48,955 bases of DNA from an uncultured Spirochaetota bacterium (lineage in GTDB: Bacteria; Spirochaetota; Brevinematia; Brevinematales; JAOACQ01). Within the stretch, counting starts at the first letter, position 1, and every line of letters starts with the position of its first letter. Where the stretch lies: positions 1 through 48,955 of the forward strand of contig CAWAOD010000007.1 in NCBI GenBank assembly GCA_963783575.1, read 5' to 3'. A model generated the notes under the pieces. That model was given only the letters and a program-made list of their open reading frames with translations, was not told the DNA's origin and did no database searches. A program made the translations under genes and the position numbers. Below are positions 43,700 through 48,955 of this stretch, one piece after another.

Positions 43700-45905
43700 A
43701 GCGTACCCCTTTTTTTAATTTCCTCGACCGTTTTTTTAAAGGCTTCAGTCTCTTTTTGCACCTGTTTGATAAAAGGGTCTTCATCCGCTGTGCCGACCGT
43801 TGCCTTCATCTCCGCAGCGTTTCTGTAGGTCGCCTGCCGGAACGGGTTGTCGTCGTCTTTTTTCCGCGACGCATACACCTGATCGCGGACGTGTCCCTGT
43901 ATTTTTACTGCTTTGTCAAGAGCATCCAGCCACTGCTTTTTTGTCGGCGTCGTTGTCCCCAGAAGGTGGCAGAGAACGGCAAAAGCGTGATGTTGTTTTG
44001 CACAAGGATACGCTTCCCACAGCATATCGTAGCGTTGGTGAACGTCATCCCATGAGTTTAATTTATCCGATCCGATATCGGAGCGAAGCCGGTTCGACTT
44101 CAGGCGTTGGCACAAGTTGTCCTCCCAGATTGGTCCATTCGCGTTCCTGCTTTCCCTGAAAGGCTTTGCAGTGCGTCGTGAAAACATTCCCGATATTTTT
44201 TTGCAGATACTCCAGACAATTTTTTACCGCATAATAGTAAAGCATATCGCCATAGGCGTCATATGCTGCGGTGGCATTCATGATTACTGTCTTTCGTTTC
44301 GATTTTTCCATACCTTCGGCCAGAATTTCCAATTTCTGGACCGTGATTTGTTCTTTATAAGAAGGTCCCGGCCTATGCGCGCAAGTTCTTCCTCTTTTTT
44401 CGGATCGATTTTTTTCCCGCGCTTCCGGAGATCGGCCCTGGCGGTCCAGATTTCCAGAAGCCGGCGCGCACCGAGAATCTCTTCCGCAGTGTCCGGAGCA
44501 AGCGGGTCGAATTCGATATGCTGGTTTTTGTTCTTTCTTTTGTCTCTGTCTTTGAATTTCGAGGAGTTTCTCGAAAGCGCATACATGTTGTGCAGCCACC
44601 AGTACGCCGGCATGATTTCGAGCTGATTTTTCGAAACGTTGTTATTAATCAACGAGAAGGGGAGTGGAATATCGAGTTCCCCGGGTAATCGGCCTTGGCA
44701 AGCAGGGTGAACGAGGCAAAGCGGCTGGAGTGTTTGACACTGGTGCATGAACCCGGCCAGAACCCGCGGCCCGCCTGGACTTCGTTGTCCTTGGTCCTGC
44801 TGTTGTGGTTCGATCCGATGACCGCACCTGCCGCCAGATTGCTCTGGCCCATGAGAATAGATGCAATAAGAAACGAATTGCTGTGGTGCTGTTCGTGAAG
44901 CGGGAACATGAGGTTGTTCCGGATTTCGCAGCAGGAGACGGTTGAGTTTTCGCCGAAAAACGAGTCCAGCAGTACCGCGTTATATTTAAGGGAGGCGCAG
45001 TCGCCGATGATGAACCGTTCGGCCCTTGCGCCGGAGAGCACAGAACTACCGCGGCCGATAATACCGTTTGTAAGCTCAACACCTTCGCCGATCCGGGTCG
45101 GTTCCTCGGCGGATGAGTTGATCGTGACGCTCCGCATTGCCCCGGCGCCGTCAATAGTACAGTGGTCGCCGATCATCACGTCTTTAAGCATACCGGCATT
45201 GATAATTGCGCACTGTTCTCCGACCGTTCCGTATAATCCGTGCCGGGGGTCGAATTTTTTCTGCGTGATTTCTTTCAGTTTATTCTGGAGCGCCGCATCG
45301 TCGCGGTATTTAGCCCAGAGAAAAGCGTCGGCAGGGATCATTCCATCAAACGGCAAAACTTTCCGGCCGCCGCCTTCGTTCATAATTTCCATCCATACAA
45401 GGGAACTCTCATCCTCGCCATCTTTTATAACACCATTCCCGAATTTCGCACAATCGGTTGTGTGCATTGCGCCGATTCCGGACAGAAGGCAGCGGTTTCC
45501 GACAATATAATGGGCCAGACAGCGAACACTGTGGATCGCCGCGTCGTCGCCGACGTCGCAGGAGATAATGCGGCTTTTCGTGATGCCGGCCGGCAGCCGC
45601 AGTCCGTTATATTCAAGGATGCTGTCGCGGAGCGCCCCGATCCGCACCAGACCGAAGAACTAGGAGTCTTTGACAAGGTCCGGATCAAACTCTTTTGAGA
45701 CAAGAACATTTTCCCAATTGTCGGCACTGTTACGGTTGTTCTTCAGCCGTTCGATCTCATCCGGCTGCAAAGCGCGCCATTGGTTTTGGCGAGATGCTGT
45801 CTGCTGGTTTCTGAGATAGTACGCGTCTTTACCGGCAGGAAGGTACTCGGGCGGTATAAAGTTATTTCCGATGCTTCCTCTCGGCACGAGGGTGATGTTG
45901 GGCAT
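43696..45905 (-). CDS. DUF4954 family protein (frameshifted)
   Basis: YYLRNQQ, EIERLKNNRNSADNW, NEGGGRKV, HEQHHSNSFLIA, IGSNHNSR, AGRGFWPG, IMPAYWWLHNMYAL. Confidence 0.85.
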
Positions 45906-45955
45906 GGAGAAGGTCCTTTTTGTCGGTAACGACGGAATCAGCTTGAACGCATGTT

Positions 45956-46228
45956 CTAATAAGAATCTTTTCGGTCTTTAATGGTGACAATAAAAACCAT
46001 GGATTTATCCGCATCAATAGTGTAGAAAAGCCGATAACTTCCAATACGATATCTGTAGAAATGGCTTAAATCGCCCTTCAGTTTTTTTATGTTTGTTCCG
46101 AAGAAAGGATTGTGACGTAATTGAGGGTAAATATAATCAACTATTTTTGAATAAAGAGACCGGAATTGAGATTTCTTGACAAGCTTCTGGAACGATTCCG
46201 TCTCCGCAATTATAAAATCAGGCGACAA
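45956..46228 (-). CDS. Type II toxin, RelE/ParE family
   Basis: NPFFGTNIKKLKG...YRYRIGSYRLFYTID....VFIVTIKDRKDSY. Confidence 0.9.
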   Translation of the reverse strand: MSPDFIIAETESFQKLVKKSQFRSLYSKIVDYIYPQLRHNPFFGTNIKKLKGDLSHFYRYRIGSYRLFYTIDADKSMVFIVTIKDRKDSY

Positions 46229-46460
46229 TTTTATATCTCCTCGATTTTATCTCTTTCTCGCCGTTTTTAAGGTCTTCCAGTAAAGCATGGTCTTTAAGGA
46301 CCTCTTTCATTTCGTCATCGGAAACATACGTATCGTTCGAAAGAAATGAAAGCGTGGCGTATTCTAAAAAGTTGGAGATGGTCCTTCGCGAACCATGGGC
46401 GGCTTTTTTAAACATCTGATATACGTCGTCATTGATTCGAAGCGTAATGGTCTTTTGCAT
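46218..46460 (-). CDS. Putative antitoxin, CopG/RHH-like
   Basis: MQKTITLRINDDVYQMFKKAA...RTISNFLEYA; overlaps the toxin start. Confidence 0.8.
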   Translation of the reverse strand: MQKTITLRINDDVYQMFKKAAHGSRRTISNFLEYATLSFLSNDTYVSDDEMKEVLKDHALLEDLKNGEKEIKSRRYKIVA

Positions 46461-46749
46461 GGAATGCTCCCCCGTATTCAAAAAATAGTATTAATTTTGC
46501 AAGTATTTGCTTGGAACCTTTCCGAATTTTTATTGTCGATGGAGAACGCCACGATAGGCCATCCTGATAGGTAAAATTAGATTTTGCTGACACAAAAATT
46601 CGAAGGTGTTTGATCTTGTTAATACCATTTGTAAAATAATTCTTCATAAAATCAGCTTCTCGAAAAAAAACAAACAGCTCTATTTTTAGGGTTGGAAGTT
46701 AAAACGGCCGAGAAAGATTTCGTTTAGTAATTGAAGATATTCTTCCTGA

Positions 46750-47714
46750 TCAACTTCTCCCGCATGAAACGCGAGGACATAAAATCCTTTTGACAGGCCA
46801 ATCCGGATTAGATATGGTAAGGACCGGATGACTGAAAAGAATCGCACAATGACTGCTGCATTTCCCCTGCAGATGTACAGCTGGATGGAGACTTTGCGGG
46901 TTGGCAAGGAATAAGATATAACCCGGTTGACGAACGGTATACAAAGGAAAAGCTGGGTTGCGGAAGAACCACTGAGGTAGTAGTGACCGTAAGCTTGAAA
47001 GATGTGCTGTAGACACCCCAACCGCTGCCGTTGTGCGCCTTGACACGCCACCAATACGTGTTCCGCTTGTAAGCCCTTTGAAAACGGATCCGTAGTATCG
47101 GTGAATCGACGAATCAGCGGAAATTATCGCTGTCATCAATGAATCGTTCGCGATTTCACGAGAGTATCTGTCGATAAGCGGTGATCCTTTATGCCAGACA
47201 AAAACTGCACTGTCTGTATTAATGGCCGTGGCGTTGGCTGGAGAAACAAGATGGGGTTTCTGCGGAAACGGCGGAGCGATCAAACTTGCGAGACGGAAAT
47301 ACATTGGTGATATACGTGGGGCCGCCGGATGCATAGGTCACCGCTGCGGGTATTTCTTGGAAAGCGATGAATCCCATACCCGGTAAATCAATGTGTCTCC
47401 TCCATGCATGCCGTCTTTAACCGGGGTCTGATCGTTATCACCCCATACGGTAATGGCGCAATTGACGCCTCTCCACACAACTGCCCCCGCGCAGAGGACT
47501 TTAGGGGTGTCCGCCGAATCTACTGAAAACACGCCGATTTCATCACCGTTAGACAAGGGCATTCCATTAACAAGGGATGAATGGAGTGTCGATAGCGACC
47601 GTCATATAGTTGCCGGTTTTTGACGTGAAGGTAAAGTGTGTCTGGCCGTTCGCGCTGAATAGCGACAAGCAAAACAAAAATGGCAGGATTGAGTCAGTTT
47701 TTGCAAAAAGACAC
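46750..47714 (-). CDS. Secreted protein with FN3-like and C-terminal sorting domain (frameshifted)
   Basis: GDEIGVF...CAGAVVW..ITVWGDNDQT..KDG; PHLVSPAN; tail LSKGFYVLAFHAG. Confidence 0.6.
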
Positions 47715-47727
47715 GATAGACCCCTTT

Positions 47728-48955
47728 TTATTTGATTCTGATGACTTTCAGTCGTTTATCAAAACTTTCGGCTTTCATCCGGACGATAAACATATTCGAA
47801 CCGCTCAGGTGCCTGTCACCGTTCCGGTAGCGGCGTTCCACGATATACTGTAATGGCCGGCTTTATATTGGCCTTTTGCAAGCCGGCACACAAGACTTCC
47901 TTTATATCATAAATATTGATTTCAACCGCATGTTCGGCAATGCCCTGTATCATCGGAACATCGAACGCTATTTTAATGCTTCCCGGAACGGATTGGGATA
48001 TACTTGGTAAGCGCAAATTTGGTGATACAGAACCCCTCCGGTACGGAGAACGCGCCGAGGAAAATTCCGTTTGCGACATACCGCGGTTCGGTTCCACTCT
48101 GGAAATCGAGAGGATATTCCTGCCCGTTGTTCCAGAGTTTGAATGTTATTTTTTCCGAAGGGGCACATCCGTTTTTCTCTTTTATCTGGGCGTCATCTAC
48201 CCCACACGGAAAGGCCGCAACGCCGTGCATGACGGTGCCCGCACCCACGAGTTTTCCTTTGCTGTCGAATGCACCAATCTCACTGCTGTCCGGAAAGCGT
48301 TCTGTCCCTGCATCGTGACAGAAGGCGCCAATACCGTCGCATTATTGCCGGTGTGCAGTTTGAACAGGTAATGTTTGACCGTCGGCAGGCTGATCAACAG
48401 ATGAGCCTTGGCACGTTCCTTGGGCGTTCCGGCTGGATAGGTCAGGGACATTCCGGTTTTCATATGAATCTGGTAGCCTTGACCGACCTTCATGTTCCCG
48501 ATCATGTTAATGAGCTCTTGGTCCGGCCAATAGATCAATCCGTCATTATCTTTGACAAGCGTTATCTGAGCGGTTACGCTGGAAAGAGCGGTCTCTATTG
48601 CCATGTCAGATTGCGGCAGGTAGCCAATCATGTTCCATCCGGCCGACAGTAAAAGGGGCGTTGTGGCGACATCAACTTCCGGGCCCATAATGCGTACCGT
48701 ATCGGTTGAATCCGCATAGAGCTGATATCCTTCTCCTGTGGAAAAATCGCGATCATCGTGATCCCCTGTGCAGGCCAGTACACGGCTCCATCATTATCCT
48801 TCGCGATAACAAATCCTTTGACCGGTCCAAGGATCGTCGCCGAGCGGAGTCCACAGGATGAATATTCAGCGATATCATGTTCCAGCCGACATCGATCGGG
48901 ACCAGAAGCTTTTTGACAGTAGAAAAACTCCTTACGGCGGACCAGGGGCTTGTCC
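47728..48955 (-). CDS. 3' part of a large secreted protein with FlgD/T9SS-like C-terminal domain (partial, frameshifted)
   Basis: LSAGWNMIGYLP, LVKDNDGLIYWP, GQGYQI, YPNPFR...INIYDI. Confidence 0.7.

Overview
A GC-rich bacterial chromosomal segment. Many secreted proteins end in T9SS/FlgD-like C-terminal domains, which suggests Fibrobacterota (Chitinivibrionia-like); this taxonomy is inference only. Most long genes are broken by single-base indels, most likely long-read consensus errors, so many CDS limits are approximate. From left to right: a GT4 glycosyltransferase cut by an unidentified AT-rich insertion, an O-antigen ligase-like gene, rlmN, and secreted beta-helix and esterase genes. Next is a complete 3165-bp IS1-family cargo element (18-bp TIRs, 8-bp TSD) carrying a transposase, a 42-aa ORF paired with a candidate sRNA, a HARE-HTH-like gene, dinD and a small basic protein, with twin promoter/operators. 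The kdpFABC..DE operon is interrupted by a decayed AT-rich island and a DUF559 nuclease linked to GC-rich nested-hairpin repeats. Then come a RAPP-type leader ORF before a Zn/Mn uptake operon, a GATase, and a sensor kinase plus sigma-54 regulator followed by a sigma-54 promoter and four large repeat-rich secreted proteins. The right end holds DUF4412 and DUF4954 genes, a RelBE-type pair and more secreted proteins. No CRISPR array, tRNA or rRNA was seen. The best candidates for undescribed systems are the regulated IS1 cargo element and the DUF559/palindrome module.
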